DNA from: Gammaproteobacteria bacterium
Lineage (GTDB): Bacteria > Pseudomonadota > Gammaproteobacteria > GCA-002705445 > GCA-002716945
Assembly (NCBI GenBank): GCA_038142325.1
Contig: JAYQJW010000002.1
Span: forward strand, 619,328-683,327
Length of the DNA stretch: 64,000 bases
Reading direction: 5' to 3'
The translations under genes were made by a program, and so were the position numbers. The first letter of the stretch is position 1. Every line of letters starts with the position of its first letter. Under the pieces are notes generated by a model. The model saw nothing but the letters and a program-made list of their open reading frames with translations. It had not been told where the DNA came from and searched no databases. Shown one piece after another: positions 34,494 through 46,063 of this stretch.

Positions 34494-35855
34494 ATGAAAA
34501 ATTATAATCTTGATATTAGCGCACCCACCGATGGTAGATACGCCAGTCTTTGTGAAGAAATTAATGCTATATTTTCAGAGCATAATTTAATAAAAATGCG
34601 TGTCAAAGTTGAGGTAGAGTGGTTCATATTTATATCAAGCCAAAAGAGCATAAAGTCTTTACCTGCATTGTCATCAAGTAACCAAAAAAAATTAAGAGAC
34701 ATCTACTTGAGTTTTAATAAAAAAGACTCTCAAAAAGTAAAAAAAATTGAAGAAACTACTAAACATGATGTTAAAGCAGTGGAATATTTTTTAAAAGATA
34801 AAATAAAATCTAATAAATTACTAAATAAATATAGAGAGCATATACATATCTGCTGTACATCTGAAGACATAAATAACATCGCTTATGCTTTCATGATTCA
34901 AGAAGGAAGGAATATTATCATAAAAAAAATTGATGAACTCCAAAAAATTCTAAAAAATATGGGTAAAAAATATAAGAATATATCAATGTTATCTCATACT
35001 CATGGACAACCAGCATCTCCAACAACAATGGGAAAAGAATTTATTAATTATCAAAAAAGAATTATAAATCAACTGGATGATCTCAAAAAAATTAAGATTA
35101 GAGGAAAGTTTAATGGAGCCACTGGAAATTATTCCTCTCACCATATTACCTATTCAAATATTAATTGGCCTATAACTATAAAAAAGTTCATTAAGAGCTT
35201 GAAGCTAGATTTTAATAGTCATACAACACAAATTGAACCACATGACTATATTGCAGATATTTGTTATAAGCAAAGTCATATTAACTCTATCTTAATTGAT
35301 TTTGCTCAAGATATATGGTCTTACATTTCTAAAAATTATTTTAATCAAAAAAATATTGCTGGAGAAATTGGATCTTCTACTATGCCTCATAAAATCAATC
35401 CTATTAATTTTGAAAATGCGGAAGGTAATCTAGGTGTGAGTAATGCGCTCTCACAATTTTTTGCGAGTAAATTAACAGTATCAAGATTACAACGTGATTT
35501 ATCAGATTCAACTGTACTTAGAAATATCGGACTGATGTTTTCTTATTCTATGATTGCATATAAGAACATACTTATTGGTCTTAATAAACTAGAAATAAAT
35601 AAATCTAAAATTAATAATGATATAGACAATAGCTGGGAGATTTTAGCAGAGCCTATACAGATGGTCGCTAGAAAGTACCAGATATCAAATTCTTATGAAT
35701 ATTTAAAAAAGTTCACACGCGGTAAGACTGTCAATAAAGAGATAATTTCCAAGATTATAAATAATTTAGACATCCCGCTTTTTGAGAAAAAAAACCTTCT
35801 CGCATTGACGCCAAGAAAATATATTGGTTTTGCTAGCAAGCTTTGTGATCAATAA
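34494..35855 (+). CDS. purB: adenylosuccinate lyase
   Basis: DGRY, HDVKAVEYF, TSEDINN, THGQPASPTT, GSSTMPHKINP. Confidence 0.97.
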   Translation: MKNYNLDISAPTDGRYASLCEEINAIFSEHNLIKMRVKVEVEWFIFISSQKSIKSLPALSSSNQKKLRDIYLSFNKKDSQKVKKIEETTKHDVKAVEYFLKDKIKSNKLLNKYREHIHICCTSEDINNIAYAFMIQEGRNIIIKKIDELQKILKNMGKKYKNISMLSHTHGQPASPTTMGKEFINYQKRIINQLDDLKKIKIRGKFNGATGNYSSHHITYSNINWPITIKKFIKSLKLDFNSHTTQIEPHDYIADICYKQSHINSILIDFAQDIWSYISKNYFNQKNIAGEIGSSTMPHKINPINFENAEGNLGVSNALSQFFASKLTVSRLQRDLSDSTVLRNIGLMFSYSMIAYKNILIGLNKLEINKSKINNDIDNSWEILAEPIQMVARKYQISNSYEYLKKFTRGKTVNKEIISKIINNLDIPLFEKKNLLALTPRKYIGFASKLCDQ

Positions 35856-36075
35856 AAATCTTAATTTTATAAACCTCTTGGAAAACTTTCTAGATGAGAG
35901 AAATTATGAGTATCAATCATATAATGACATAATTGAAATTTATGATAATGAACATGAAGTTTTAATTATAGAATTTAAAGAAATTAAAATTTTAATGCAT
36001 CATCAAAATGAAAAGCATGAATATTATGCTATTGACAACAAAATATTTAAAAAAATAGACAATATTTTGAATTAA
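35824..36075 (+). CDS. hypothetical protein
   Basis: small acidic ORF overlapping the purB end; start uncertain. Confidence 0.45.
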   Translation: MVLLASFVINKNLNFINLLENFLDERNYEYQSYNDIIEIYDNEHEVLIIEFKEIKILMHHQNEKHEYYAIDNKIFKKIDNILN

Positions 36076-37541
36076 TTTTTTGGTTTCATCAGTGGGAAAA
36101 ATAGTACATCTCTGATTGATGATGAATTCGTAAAGAGCATAACTAAACGATCAATGCCTATTCCAGCACCTGCAGTAGGCGGCATACCATATTCCATCGC
36201 TGTAATAAAATCTTCATCATAATTCATTTTTTCATCATCATTTTCTAATTGCTCATGAAATCTTTGTGATTGATCTGCAGGATCATTTAATTCTGAGAAA
36301 CCATTAGCAATTTCTCTTCCAGCTATAAATAATTCAAACCTTTCAACAACTTCTGGATCATTATCCATTCTTCTTGAAAGTGGTGATACTGCCGTTGGAT
36401 ACTCTGTAACAAAAGTTGGTTGTATTAACTCAGATTCAACATTCTTTTCAAAAATATCAAGCTGAGTTTTATATAGGGATCCTTCGACACTTATATCAAT
36501 ATCATTAGACTTACAGTAATTTTCTAAAAAATCATAATTATTGATATTCTCTTTATTAATATTGTCACAATATTTAATTATTGAGTCGTAAAAACTTATT
36601 CTGCTGAAACCGCTCACAAAATCAATTTCATGATCTTGATAAATGAATTTTTCATTAGAACCAAGAGACTGAAATAACGATTTAAATAAACTCTCAATTA
36701 AATTCATCAAATATTGATAGTCCTCATAAGCAGCATAGAATTCAATCATTGTAAATTCAGGATTATGTTTGACTGATAAACCTTCATTTCTAAAACTTCT
36801 ATTAATCTCAAATACTTTATCAAAGCCTCCAATAATTAATCTCTTTAGATATAACTCAGGAGCAATTCTTAAATACAATTGCATATCAAGAGAATTATGA
36901 TGAGTTACAAAAGGTTTTGCTGCAGCGCCGCCTGCTATTGGATGCATCATGGGTGTCTCAACCTCTAAATAATTAGATTTTTCGAAAAACTTTCGTATTA
37001 GTGAAACTAGATTTATTCTTGTCTTAAAAATATTTTTAGATTCTTCAGATATCATTAAATCCAGATATCTTTGACGATATTTAATTTCTACGTCTGATAA
37101 CCCATGATACTTTTCTGGCAGAGGTCTTAGTGATTTAGATAATATAACAAACTCTGTTACATTTAGTGTTAGTTCACCTGTTTTTGTTTTAAAAATCGTA
37201 CCTTTAGCTCCAATAATATCTCCTAGATCAATAAAATCCAGATTATTATACATCTCCTTTCCAATTGTGTTTTTCGATACAAAAAGTTGAATTTTACATG
37301 AATAATCATGTAGATTCGCAAAAGTAGAGTTGCCCATTTTTCTAATTGTTAACAATCGACCAGCAAGAGAGAAAATCTCTTTCTCGTTTTCTAAATCTTC
37401 CTTAGTACGTTGTCCATATTTTGATATTAACTCTTCAGCGTATGTGTCACGATGAAAATCATTTGGATATAGCTTAGCTTTTTTGGATAGCTCATCTAAT
37501 TTTTTCTTTCTTTCGACTATTAATTTATTATCTTCTGTCAT
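36072..37541 (-). CDS. lysS: lysine--tRNA ligase (class II)
   Basis: RQRYLDL, YLRIAPELYLKRL, FRNEG...HNPEFT, YGMPPTAG.GIGIDRL. Confidence 0.98.
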   Translation of the reverse strand: MTEDNKLIVERKKKLDELSKKAKLYPNDFHRDTYAEELISKYGQRTKEDLENEKEIFSLAGRLLTIRKMGNSTFANLHDYSCKIQLFVSKNTIGKEMYNNLDFIDLGDIIGAKGTIFKTKTGELTLNVTEFVILSKSLRPLPEKYHGLSDVEIKYRQRYLDLMISEESKNIFKTRINLVSLIRKFFEKSNYLEVETPMMHPIAGGAAAKPFVTHHNSLDMQLYLRIAPELYLKRLIIGGFDKVFEINRSFRNEGLSVKHNPEFTMIEFYAAYEDYQYLMNLIESLFKSLFQSLGSNEKFIYQDHEIDFVSGFSRISFYDSIIKYCDNINKENINNYDFLENYCKSNDIDISVEGSLYKTQLDIFEKNVESELIQPTFVTEYPTAVSPLSRRMDNDPEVVERFELFIAGREIANGFSELNDPADQSQRFHEQLENDDEKMNYDEDFITAMEYGMPPTAGAGIGIDRLVMLFTNSSSIRDVLFFPLMKPKN

Positions 37542-38662
37542 TTATATTCCTTTTTTTAAACTTTCCTGAATAAATTCATCTAAATTTCCGTCTAAGACTG
37601 CTTGAGTATTTCCAGTCTCATGACCAGTTCTTAAATCTTTGATTCTTGAGTCATCTAATACATAAGATCTTATTTGGTTACCCCAACTGATATCTGATTT
37701 TTCTGATTCAACCTGGTTTTTAATTTCATTTTTTTTATTGAGTTCGTAAGCATACAGTTTAGCACGTAACTGTTTCATAGCAGATTCTTTATTTTTATGT
37801 TGCGATCTATCATTTTGACACTGAACAACGATTTTAGTTGGCATATGTGTAATTCTTACAGCAGATTCAGTTGTGTTGACATGCTGTCCTCCTGCTCCGC
37901 TTGCTCTATAAACATCTATTCTTAGGTCCGATGGATTTATTTCAACTTCAAATGAATCATCAATTTGTGGGTAAATGAATACAGATGCAAATGATGTATG
38001 CCTACGATTACCTGAATCAAAAGGAGATTTCCTCACAAGTCTATGTACACCGGTTTCTGTCCTTAACCAACCATAAGCGTAATTACCGTCCACTTTTATT
38101 GTAATGCTTTTGTAGCCAGCAACTTCACCCTCACTGGCTTCAGTTATTTCTGATTTAAATGAATGTTTTTCTATCCACTTCAAATACATTCTCATAATCA
38201 TTGCTACCCAATCCTGAGCCTCTGTTCCGCCAGATCCAGATTGAATATCTATGTACGCATCAGCATCATCATTTTCTCCCTTGAAGAGTTGTGTAAATGA
38301 AAGATTATTAAGCTCGTCTGATGTTGATTTATACAGCTCTAGCATTTCACTTAATAACTTCTGATTATCATTATTTGGCTCATCTAGTATAGATTCTAGA
38401 GTATAAGACAAGAGATCTATATCGGATTGGATTGTGTCTACACTTTTTTTAAGCGATGTATAATTCTTAAGTTGTTTATTAAGATTTTTAGTTTGTTTTA
38501 TGTCACTCCAAACATTAGGATCATTAAGTTTATTTGTTACGTCATCAATTTTTGAACTAAGGGCTTTATAGTCAAACTAACCCCCTAAGCTCATCAAGTT
38601 TAAGCTTATCTTCTTTAATCTTTCTCAATTATCTCATTAGATTGTTCGATTAAATTTGTCAT
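37542..38662 (-). CDS. prfB: peptide chain release factor 2 with programmed +1 frameshift
   Basis: SPF motif, GAGGQHVN; ATG at 38662; internal SD AGGGGG and TGA-C at 38571-38586, after which the frame is open into the 289 aa ORF. Confidence 0.95.
38571..38586 (-). promoter_or_regulatory. RF2 programmed ribosomal frameshift cassette
   Basis: AGGGGG TTA GTT TGA C. Confidence 0.85.
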
Positions 38663-39327
38663 ACTGATACATCATTATAGTAATTTAATTTTTCAGTCCA
38701 CATCAATTTATACTTCGATAGTAGCTCTGAGTCAGCCTCAATAATCTCATGATCATATGTGCCCTTGTAAGCAACAAAAATTTTAGCACTTTCTATTTTT
38801 GTATCAAACATCTTATCATGCGCTATTGCATATGCAGCAAGTTGCTGAAAATGTTCATCAATTAAAAATGCACTTTTTTTACGAAATGAAGATTTATAAT
38901 CAATAATTGTTAGCTTGCCGTCGATTTCAGCTAACAAATCTAACCTACCAGCATATTTTAAGCCTTCGTGAATTATTGCTTCAGAAGAAATAAATTTATC
39001 GATAGTTGGGAATATGTTATCTATTATTGTTTTCGAGAGCTTGGCTGCAATTTGTGAATTTCTATTTTCATTTACATTAATAGATTTATTAGTTACATAC
39101 CTATCTAGAATTTCGTGCATAAGATTTCCAATTTCGAACGAATCTGCTTGCGAATTTGAAAACACATCGTTTTGATTTAGCCGTGATAATCTTATGATTG
39201 ATGTAACGCTGGGAACTAGTTTTTCTTTGATTTTATAGTAACGAAAATTATTCTGCTTAATTACATCATATTCATTATATTCAAATGAAGGTGAATATAA
39301 ATAACTATTATTTTTCAAGAACATCAA
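38659..39327 (-). CDS. PD-(D/E)XK nuclease family protein (RecB/MGME1/phage exonuclease-like)
   Basis: PSVTSI, GNLMHE, SE, YAGRLD, IIDYKS, QLAAY motifs. Confidence 0.85.
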   Translation of the reverse strand: MMFLKNNSYLYSPSFEYNEYDVIKQNNFRYYKIKEKLVPSVTSIIRLSRLNQNDVFSNSQADSFEIGNLMHEILDRYVTNKSINVNENRNSQIAAKLSKTIIDNIFPTIDKFISSEAIIHEGLKYAGRLDLLAEIDGKLTIIDYKSSFRKKSAFLIDEHFQQLAAYAIAHDKMFDTKIESAKIFVAYKGTYDHEIIEADSELLSKYKLMWTEKLNYYNDVSV

Positions 39328-39646
39328 TAATTTTTTGTATATCTTTTTTGATTAAAGATAATACTGGATTCTGTTTAGATGAATTACTAGATATATTATC
39401 TAATTTTTGCTTTGCACCCTCAACTGTGAACCCTTGTGTAGAAATCAAATTATGAATTTTTAAGATTGTAAGAATATCATTCTGCGTATAATATCTTCTG
39501 TTGCCTGTTCTTTTTAAAGGAGTCAGCGTATCAAATTCTTTTTCCCAATATCTTAATATATGTGTTTTTATATTAGTGATTTTAGATACTTCCCCAATTG
39601 AAAAATATCTTTTGTTAGGTATCTCTATCGAATTAATCTGATCCAT
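39308..39646 (-). CDS. MerR-family HTH regulator (ihfA-associated)
   Basis: [13 protein letters not shown]...[10 protein letters not shown]...GNRRYY; conserved position after ihfA; start approximate. Confidence 0.9.
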   Translation of the reverse strand: MDQINSIEIPNKRYFSIGEVSKITNIKTHILRYWEKEFDTLTPLKRTGNRRYYTQNDILTILKIHNLISTQGFTVEGAKQKLDNISSNSSKQNPVLSLIKKDIQKIIDVLEK

Positions 39647-39929
39647 CATAAGCTTCAAGTTTAGATTTCAATTTTAGTCCAGATTTGAAAGTGACAACTC
39701 TTCTTGACGATATCGTTACCTCCTCACCAGTTTTAGGATTTCTTCCTGGTCTAGGAGATTTATCTCTTAAAATAAAATTACCAAAACCGGATAACTTTAT
39801 ATCATTTCCCTCTTCGAGAGATTTTTTTATTTGCTCAAAAAAACACTCAATCAGTTCCTTTGCTTCTCTTTTATTGAGGCCAACTTCATTGTGAACCATT
39901 TCTACAAGAGAGTCTTTGGTAATTGTCAT
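39633..39929 (-). CDS. ihfA: integration host factor alpha
   Basis: [22 protein letters not shown]. Confidence 0.96.
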   Translation of the reverse strand: MTITKDSLVEMVHNEVGLNKREAKELIECFFEQIKKSLEEGNDIKLSGFGNFILRDKSPRPGRNPKTGEEVTISSRRVVTFKSGLKLKSKLEAYDGSD

Positions 39930-41908
39930 TGTGCTTCTTGAATATTCAACTTATATGTTTTTTTGATATCTTCGGTTATATTGTTAATCGCTTTATTAAT
40001 ATCCTCGTCACTTAATGTTTTATCAACTGATTGAAGACAAAGCTCTAAAGTAATATATCTATTTAATTGTAGTTTATCTTTATCTATAAATATATCTTTA
40101 ATTCTTATATTTTTCATATATTTATAGCTTTTATTTTTTATATTTCTAGTCATATATGCAATATCTTCATCTAAATTACATTCTAGTGTTATATCTTTAT
40201 ATACGGCAGGATATTGAGATATTTTAGAGTAAGACATCTTGTGTAATGAGGGTAATAAGCTTTTGTTGACTTCAAAAGCAAATACACTGTTCTTTATATC
40301 AAAATCATGTCTACATTCTTGTTTCACCAGACCACATTCTCCAACTTTTTTGTCATTCAATATGATAGCCAAACAGTTTTTGTTATCAAAATAGAGTGAA
40401 TCTTTACACACAATAAAATCAGATCCCGGGATTAGAGACAGTATATCTGACTTAAGATCTCCCAAACTCACTTCACTTTGATTACTTGCAAGATCAATAG
40501 GAGATGTTAATCCATATAGAACACCAGATAATAGATTTGTCTCTTTGATTTTATTTTTATCCTTTATGTAGATTTTCCCTGACTCAAAAAACCTCATACT
40601 TTTGTGTTTTCGATTATAGTTATAGCTAATATTCTTCAATAGACCTGGAAGAAGAGAATCGCGCATTACAGATTTATCACTTGAGATTGGGTTACGAAGT
40701 ATCATATTGTTTTTTTCATCAGTATAACTCTTGGGGACAAAGCTATAGTTAATGACTTCTTTGTATCCAAGTATAACTAAAATGTCATTATAATTTTTTT
40801 GCTCAACATTAGATGATGATGTTGCCTCAATGGGTAATTCAGGAATATTATCATATCCAATAAGTCTACATACCTCTTCAACTAGGTCATAATTTGAGGA
40901 AACATCAAATCGATAGCTTGGAACATAAACCATATCTGATTTAAATATAAATCCTAGGTTATTTAATATAGATTTAATTTTTTTTTTTTTTTAGTTCAAT
41001 ACCTAAAATTCTATTGAATAAACTATAGTCGCACTTAAAGGACTTAGATTTTGTCAGCGGACTTTTGTGACTTATTTTATTAATTTTGCAATGATCTGTT
41101 GATATTTCTTTACTTAAAAGAAAATGAATTCTTGATAGAGCTATTTCAGGTAAATTATAATCCACCCCCCTTTCAAATCGATATGATGAATCTGTTTGAA
41201 TTCTATACTTTCTTGAAAGAGACCTAACAACATCAGGAATAAAAAATGCGCTTTCAAAAAGAATGTTTTTAGTATCTTTATTAACAGATGATAATTTACT
41301 TCCTATTACTCCTGGTAGCGCATGAACGATATCCATTTCATCAATTATCACGGGTGTTCCCTTTTTTATTTCGTATTCTTTATTGTTTATACCGATAAAT
41401 TTATATTTTTTTTTGCTAACTACAACATTTAATTTTCCATTTATCTTATCTAAGTCAAAAGCATGAGTTGGCTGCCCCAGTTCAATCATTACATAATTTG
41501 AAATATCAACTATAAGGTTGATAGGTGAAATATCACATTTAATGAGTCGATCTTTAATAAACTTTGGCGTTTTAGTTTGAGCGCTCAGATTATCTAACAA
41601 CATATATCTATATTCCAAACAGATTTCTGAAGAAACTTTGTTAACGTAAATATTATCTTTTTTAAATGTGTGTTTGCTAAGAGAGGTAAATTGACTTTTT
41701 TATTTTTAAATGCAGCTATATCTCTAGATGTTCCATAAATTGATAAACAGTCACCCCTATTAGGTGTGAATTCGATATCAATAATATAATCTTTACCAAC
41801 TTTTTTTACGTCATCTACTTCAAGACCTAGCTGTGTAAGTAGATTTTCAATGTTCTCTTTTTTATGGATAGAAACATAATCGTTAATCCAATTCTTGCTA
41901 AACTTCAT
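39926..41908 (-). CDS. pheT: phenylalanine--tRNA ligase beta subunit (three fragments; lacks B2 domain)
   Basis: [39 protein letters not shown]...DLVEEV.RL.GYD, NPIS, C-terminal anticodon-binding domain. Confidence 0.92.
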
Positions 41909-42894
41909 GTCTCTCTCAGATTCTCAAATTGTTCTAGGAAATTAATATCATTATCAAAAAATACACGTAAATCTGGAATTTTATAAGCTAGCATTGCAAA
42001 TCTCTCGATACCTAGCCCAAAAGCAAAACCAGAGAAATGATTTGGGTTAATATTCACATTTTTTAAAACATTAGGGTGAATCATTCCACATCCAAGAACC
42101 TCAAGCCATTTACCATTAAACATTATATCCATCTCGGCTGACGGCTCTGTAAATGGAAAATAGGAAGGTCTAAATCTAGTTTTAATATTATTTGAATCAA
42201 AAAACTTATGAATAAAATCATTCAAAACCCACTTTAAATTTCTGAAATTTATTTCTTTATCAACACAGAGACCCTCAATTTGATGAAACATTGGTGAATG
42301 TGTTGGGTCTGAATCACAACGATACACACGGCCAGGGGCTAACACTCTGAGAGGTGCAGTAGATTTTTCCATTGCATGAATTTGAACAGAAGATGTATGT
42401 GTCCTCAAAAGATGATTACTGTCAAAATAAAAAGTATCATGCATGTCTCTAGCAGGGTGATTATCAGCTATATTAAGATACTCAAAGTTATATCGTTCTG
42501 TTTCTATTTCAGGACCATCATGTGTCTCAAAACCTAAACTTGAAAAAATTTTTTCTATTCTTTTAATTACAAGTGAAATTGGATGATGGGCACCGAAATG
42601 ATGGTGCTTGGCAGGGGTATCTAAATCTAATTGACTGATTATTTCATTTTTTGTTTTAAGCTCGCTGACTTTCTCATTAATTATCTCATTAAGTATATTC
42701 TTTGTCTGATTAAGCTCAGCTCCATATTCTTTTCGCTTATCAGGATCAATATCTTTAAGTGACGAAAATAGATTTGTCAGATAACCTTTTTTTCCAATAA
42801 ACTTTGATTTTATTTGTAGTAAGTCATGCTCTTTATTGCATGTTTGTAGCTCTTTTTTTAATAAGGCCGCTAAATCAGTATGATTTATTTTCAC
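41905..42894 (-). CDS. pheS: phenylalanine--tRNA ligase alpha subunit
   Basis: [40 protein letters not shown]. Confidence 0.98.
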   Translation of the reverse strand: MKINHTDLAALLKKELQTCNKEHDLLQIKSKFIGKKGYLTNLFSSLKDIDPDKRKEYGAELNQTKNILNEIINEKVSELKTKNEIISQLDLDTPAKHHHFGAHHPISLVIKRIEKIFSSLGFETHDGPEIETERYNFEYLNIADNHPARDMHDTFYFDSNHLLRTHTSSVQIHAMEKSTAPLRVLAPGRVYRCDSDPTHSPMFHQIEGLCVDKEINFRNLKWVLNDFIHKFFDSNNIKTRFRPSYFPFTEPSAEMDIMFNGKWLEVLGCGMIHPNVLKNVNINPNHFSGFAFGLGIERFAMLAYKIPDLRVFFDNDINFLEQFENLRET

Positions 42895-42908
42895 GATAAG
42901 AAGGTATT

Positions 42909-43259
42909 TTAGCTGGGCAGAACGCTCTTCACAATATTAGAAAATTTTTCTGGGTTGTTAGCAGCAATGTCTGCAAGAATTTTTCTATCTATCTCAAGAT
43001 CGGATTTATGTAAGTAGTTCATAAATTTGCTGTATGATATATTATTTAGTCTGGCAGCTGCATTAATCTTTGTAATCCAAAGAGATCTGAACTGTCTCTT
43101 TTTTTGTCTTCTGTCACGATAGGCATACTGACCAGCTTTTATTACAGCTTGTTTAGCTACTCTGAACACTCTACTTCTTGCGCCTTTATATCCTTTCGCA
43201 AGTTTGAGTATTTTTTTATGCCTTGCGCCCGCTATAACTCCTCTTTTTACTCTTGCCAT
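42909..43259 (-). CDS. rplT: 50S ribosomal protein L20
   Basis: MARVKRG...[18 protein letters not shown]. Confidence 0.98.
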   Translation of the reverse strand: MARVKRGVIAGARHKKILKLAKGYKGARSRVFRVAKQAVIKAGQYAYRDRRQKKRQFRSLWITKINAAARLNNISYSKFMNYLHKSDLEIDRKILADIAANNPEKFSNIVKSVLPS

Positions 43260-43273
43260 ATCAATGTTCCTCC

Positions 43274-43468
43274 TTAATAGGGCAGCATTCGGTCTATAGC
43301 AGCTTTGTCTGCTGGACTAATTACGACATCATCTCTGAGGTGTCTTTTCCTTTTTGTGCTTTTTTTTGTAAGTATATGACTTCTATGAGATTGTCCTCTT
43401 TTGACATTACCAGAAGGTGTTTTCTTAAACCTTTTAGCAGCTCCACTATGTGATTTCATTTTTGGCAT
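43274..43468 (-). CDS. rpmI: 50S ribosomal protein L35
   Basis: [17 protein letters not shown]. Confidence 0.98.
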   Translation of the reverse strand: MPKMKSHSGAAKRFKKTPSGNVKRGQSHRSHILTKKSTKRKRHLRDDVVISPADKAAIDRMLPY

Positions 43469-43508
43469 AATCTTACTCTGTATTTACGATTGGGGTAGTA
43501 TATCCTAT

Positions 43509-44024
43509 TTATTTCTTTGGTGCTATAACCATGACAATTTGTCTGCCTTCAAACGCCGGCTTTTGTTCAATTGCCCCGTAGTCGAATAGATCTTTTTCTA
43601 CCCTCTCAAGAAATTCACGCCCAATAATCTGATGAGCTGCTTCTCTACCTCTAAATCTCATGGTGATTTTTGCCTTATCACCGCCTTGTAAAAATTTGAT
43701 TAAATTTTTTAATTTAACCTGATAATCTGCTTCTTCAGTACCTGGTCTAAATTTAATTTCTTTTACTTGAATTTGTTTTTGTTTTTTCTTAGCAGCATGG
43801 GCTTTTTTAGATTGTTCGAATTTGTATTTACCAAAATCCATAATTCTACAAACTGGCGGCGTTTGGTTTGCAACTATCTCGACTAGATCTAAATCTTCAT
43901 TTTTTGCTAACTCAAGTGCTTTTTCTCTAGAAACTACACCAACTTGATCTCCTGTTGATGAAATGAGGCGAACCTCTGAGGAATTAATGCGATCATTTAT
44001 TCGCATTCTTTTTGTATTCGATAT
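43509..44024 (-). CDS. infC: translation initiation factor IF-3 (probable non-AUG start)
   Basis: RIN..I, DLVEI...[18 protein letters not shown]; AGGAG SD lies 7 nt before an in-frame ATA at 44024. Confidence 0.95.
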   Translation of the reverse strand: MSNTKRMRINDRINSSEVRLISSTGDQVGVVSREKALELAKNEDLDLVEIVANQTPPVCRIMDFGKYKFEQSKKAHAAKKKQKQIQVKEIKFRPGTEEADYQVKLKNLIKFLQGGDKAKITMRFRGREAAHQIIGREFLERVEKDLFDYGAIEQKPAFEGRQIVMVIAPKK

Positions 44025-44042
44025 GACAATTCTCCTATAAAG

Positions 44043-45925
44043 TTAATTAATTTTATCATTAAGTGATTCTATAAAGTCATCAAGTTTAATAGATTTTTGA
44101 TCAGCGCTCTCTCTGTCCCTGACAGTGATAAGCTCTTCATCTAATTCTTTATCACCTATAATAAGCATGTATGGTACCCTAGTCATTGCATGATTTCTAA
44201 TTTTATATCCAATCTTTTCATTACTTAGGTCGCATTCAGATCTAATACCTCTCTCAGTGAGTTTATTAGTAATCATTTCAGCATAATCACTATGTTTATC
44301 AGTTATATTTAAAACCATCACTTGTATTGGAGATAGCCATATAGGTAAATTCCTGAATAATGCTCGAGAAGAATTCCTACAAAACGCTCAAGTGAGCCTA
44401 AAATAGCCCTATGTATCATGACAGGCGTTGTTTTATTGCCATCTTTGTCAATATATGTTGCGTCTAGTCTACCAGGCATAGAAAAGTCTAATTGGATTGT
44501 TCCGAGTTGCCATACTCTTGATAGGGAATCTTTAAGAGAAAAATCTATTTTTGGTCCATAAAATGCCCCATCTCCAGGATTCTCTGAATAATCTATGTCA
44601 TTAGCTTTAAGAGCAAGCTTTAAACTATCTTCTGCAGTGTCCCAAATTTCATCAGATCCAACTCTTTTTTCAGGTCGCGTAGAAAGTTCAATTTTAAGTT
44701 CATTAAATCCAAATTTATTATAAATATTCTTTATATCATTGATTAATAGTGATATTTCGTTTTTTATTTGGTCGGGAGTACAAAATATATGTGCATCATC
44801 TTGTGTAAATGCTCTAATTCTAAGAAGGCCGTGCAAAGTTCCTGATGGTTCATTTCTGTGTACAAAACCAAACTCCGCAAGTTTAAGGGGTAAATCTTTA
44901 TAACTTCTTAGACCATGATTGAAGACCTGGACATGTCCTGGACAGCTCATTGGCTTAATGGCAAATTCTTTTTTTTCAGACCCTACATCAAATATCAGTT
45001 CTCCAAATTTATCAAGATGTCCTGATTTTTTCCAAAGCGATTTATCTAGAATTTGTGGTGTATTAATAATTTTATATTTATTTAATCTTAGATACTTTGT
45101 CATAAAATCTTTAATAATATTAAATATAGTCCATCCTTTATCGTGCCAAAACACCATTCCTGGTGACTCCTCCTGAAAATGAAATAAATCTAGTTTTTTT
45201 CCAAGTAATCTGTGATCACTTTTTTCAGCTTCTTCAATTGATTTAAGATATGAATCTAGAGAATTTTGATCTGGCCATGCGGTTCCATAAATTCTAGTTA
45301 AAGCTTGATTTGATGAATCTCCTTTCCAATAAGAGCCAGAAATTTTCATTAACTTGAAGGCTTTTACATGTTTTGTATTTGTTAGATGAGGTCCTCTACA
45401 CATATCAATGTATTCCTCATGATGATAAATAGCAATAATCTCACCTTCAGGAATTTCTTTAAGTAATTCAACTTTATATGGCTCTTTCCTTTCTTCAAAT
45501 ATGGATATTGCATCTTCTTTAGAAATAACCTCGCGTTTGATTGCATAATTTTTCTTTGCTAATTTTCTCATCCTATTTTCAATTATGGGAAGATCTTTAT
45601 CTGAAAGAGGTTCGTCTGATAGAATTTCGTAATAAAAACCATTTTCTATTACAGGCCCAATTACCATTTTTACATCAGGATAAAGTTGTTTTATTGCATG
45701 GCCAAATATATGAGCGCATGAGTGCCTTAAAATATCTAAACCATCAGCATCAGCAGTTGACAACAACTCTATTGTTGAGCCATCTGTTATCTGTTCAGAA
45801 AGATCAGATAGCCTGTCATTAATCTTTGCAGCTACAATATTTTTTCCGAAGTTTTTAGAGACAATATCTTCTAAAATATCACCTTCGTTGACTTCATATT
45901 CTTTATTGTTAATAGTTGTAATCAT
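44043..45925 (-). CDS. thrS: threonine--tRNA ligase (frameshift near 44340)
   Basis: RHSCAH, DMCRGPH, DHR.LGK, KPMSCPGH, FTQDDAH, HRAILGSLERF. Confidence 0.96.
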
Positions 45926-45939
45926 AATTATTTAAAATA

Positions 45940-46014
45940 TAGGCACGATTGGACTCGAACCAACGACCTCCACCATGTCAAGGTGGCGCTCTAACCAAGC
46001 TGAGCTACGCGCCT
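45940..46014 (-). tRNA. tRNA-Val(GAC)
   Basis: AGGCGCGTAGCTCAGCTTGGTTAGAGC...CCACC TT GAC AT GGTGG...GGTTCGAGTCC; CCA not encoded. Confidence 0.96.
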
Positions 46015-46063
46015 GTAAGATACCGTAAATTAACATGTCATGCATTTATAGACAAGAACGCCA

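Noticed and set aside
38659-39327. Cas4 / CRISPR-Cas locus
   Set aside because: No Fe-S cysteines, no cas1/cas2 and no repeat-spacer array seen in the window.
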